A stretch of 64,000 nt of DNA from assembly GCA_051362555.1 (NCBI GenBank), contig CM120644.1:7014954-7078953 (forward strand). Direction: 5' to 3'. Source of the DNA: Lingula anatina. Its lineage: Eukaryota; Animalia; Brachiopoda. Shown in pieces: positions 63,866 through 64,000 of this stretch; within the stretch, counting starts at the first letter, position 1, and the number at the start of each line of letters is the position of its first letter. The notes under the pieces are model-generated. The model saw nothing but the letters and a program-made list of their open reading frames with translations. It was not told the DNA's origin and made no database searches. Made by a program: the position numbers and the translations under genes.

Positions 63866-64000
63866 GTGTCTTATGTTATTATTATTATTATTACACGTAC
63901 TTCTCTCTCTGGTACTTTCACCCAAGAGTACGCGTGTATATTAAAACATTTAAACTCCTTGCTCTAACGCAGCTGCGCGCCTTCTTTGCTCTTTTTTATG

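Overview
AT-rich, intron-containing animal genomic DNA, most likely from an invertebrate; the species cannot be named from the sequence. Seven spliced protein-coding genes can be assembled by hand from splice sites and reading frames: (1) an SLC28/CNT nucleoside transporter (+, 8403-14882); (2) an ABCB6/HMT-1 half ABC transporter (+, 16907-32410); (3, 4) two tandemly duplicated reeler-domain genes with predicted GPI anchors (-, 35341-39783 and 42232-47077) inside a ~7.4/8.3 kb tandem duplication; (5) a type I membrane mucin-like gene with two trefoil domains, a WSC domain, a Thr-rich stalk and a TM helix (+, 50795-55536); (6) a 230-aa orphan gene (-, 58379-59847); (7) a Ser/Thr kinase, probably STK35/PDIK1L-like, that runs off the window (+, from 61508). 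Non-coding DNA holds many small non-autonomous DNA transposons, a decayed Kolobok-like element, SINE/LINE remnants and microsatellites. The most unusual signals are a hammerhead-ribozyme-like core in a G-U-supported hairpin between two inverted MITEs in a reeler intron, six tandem 5' splice sites spaced exactly 50 nt apart in ABCB6, and the trefoil-WSC-mucin receptor architecture. All calls come from reading the sequence; no database search was run, so novelty is unverified.
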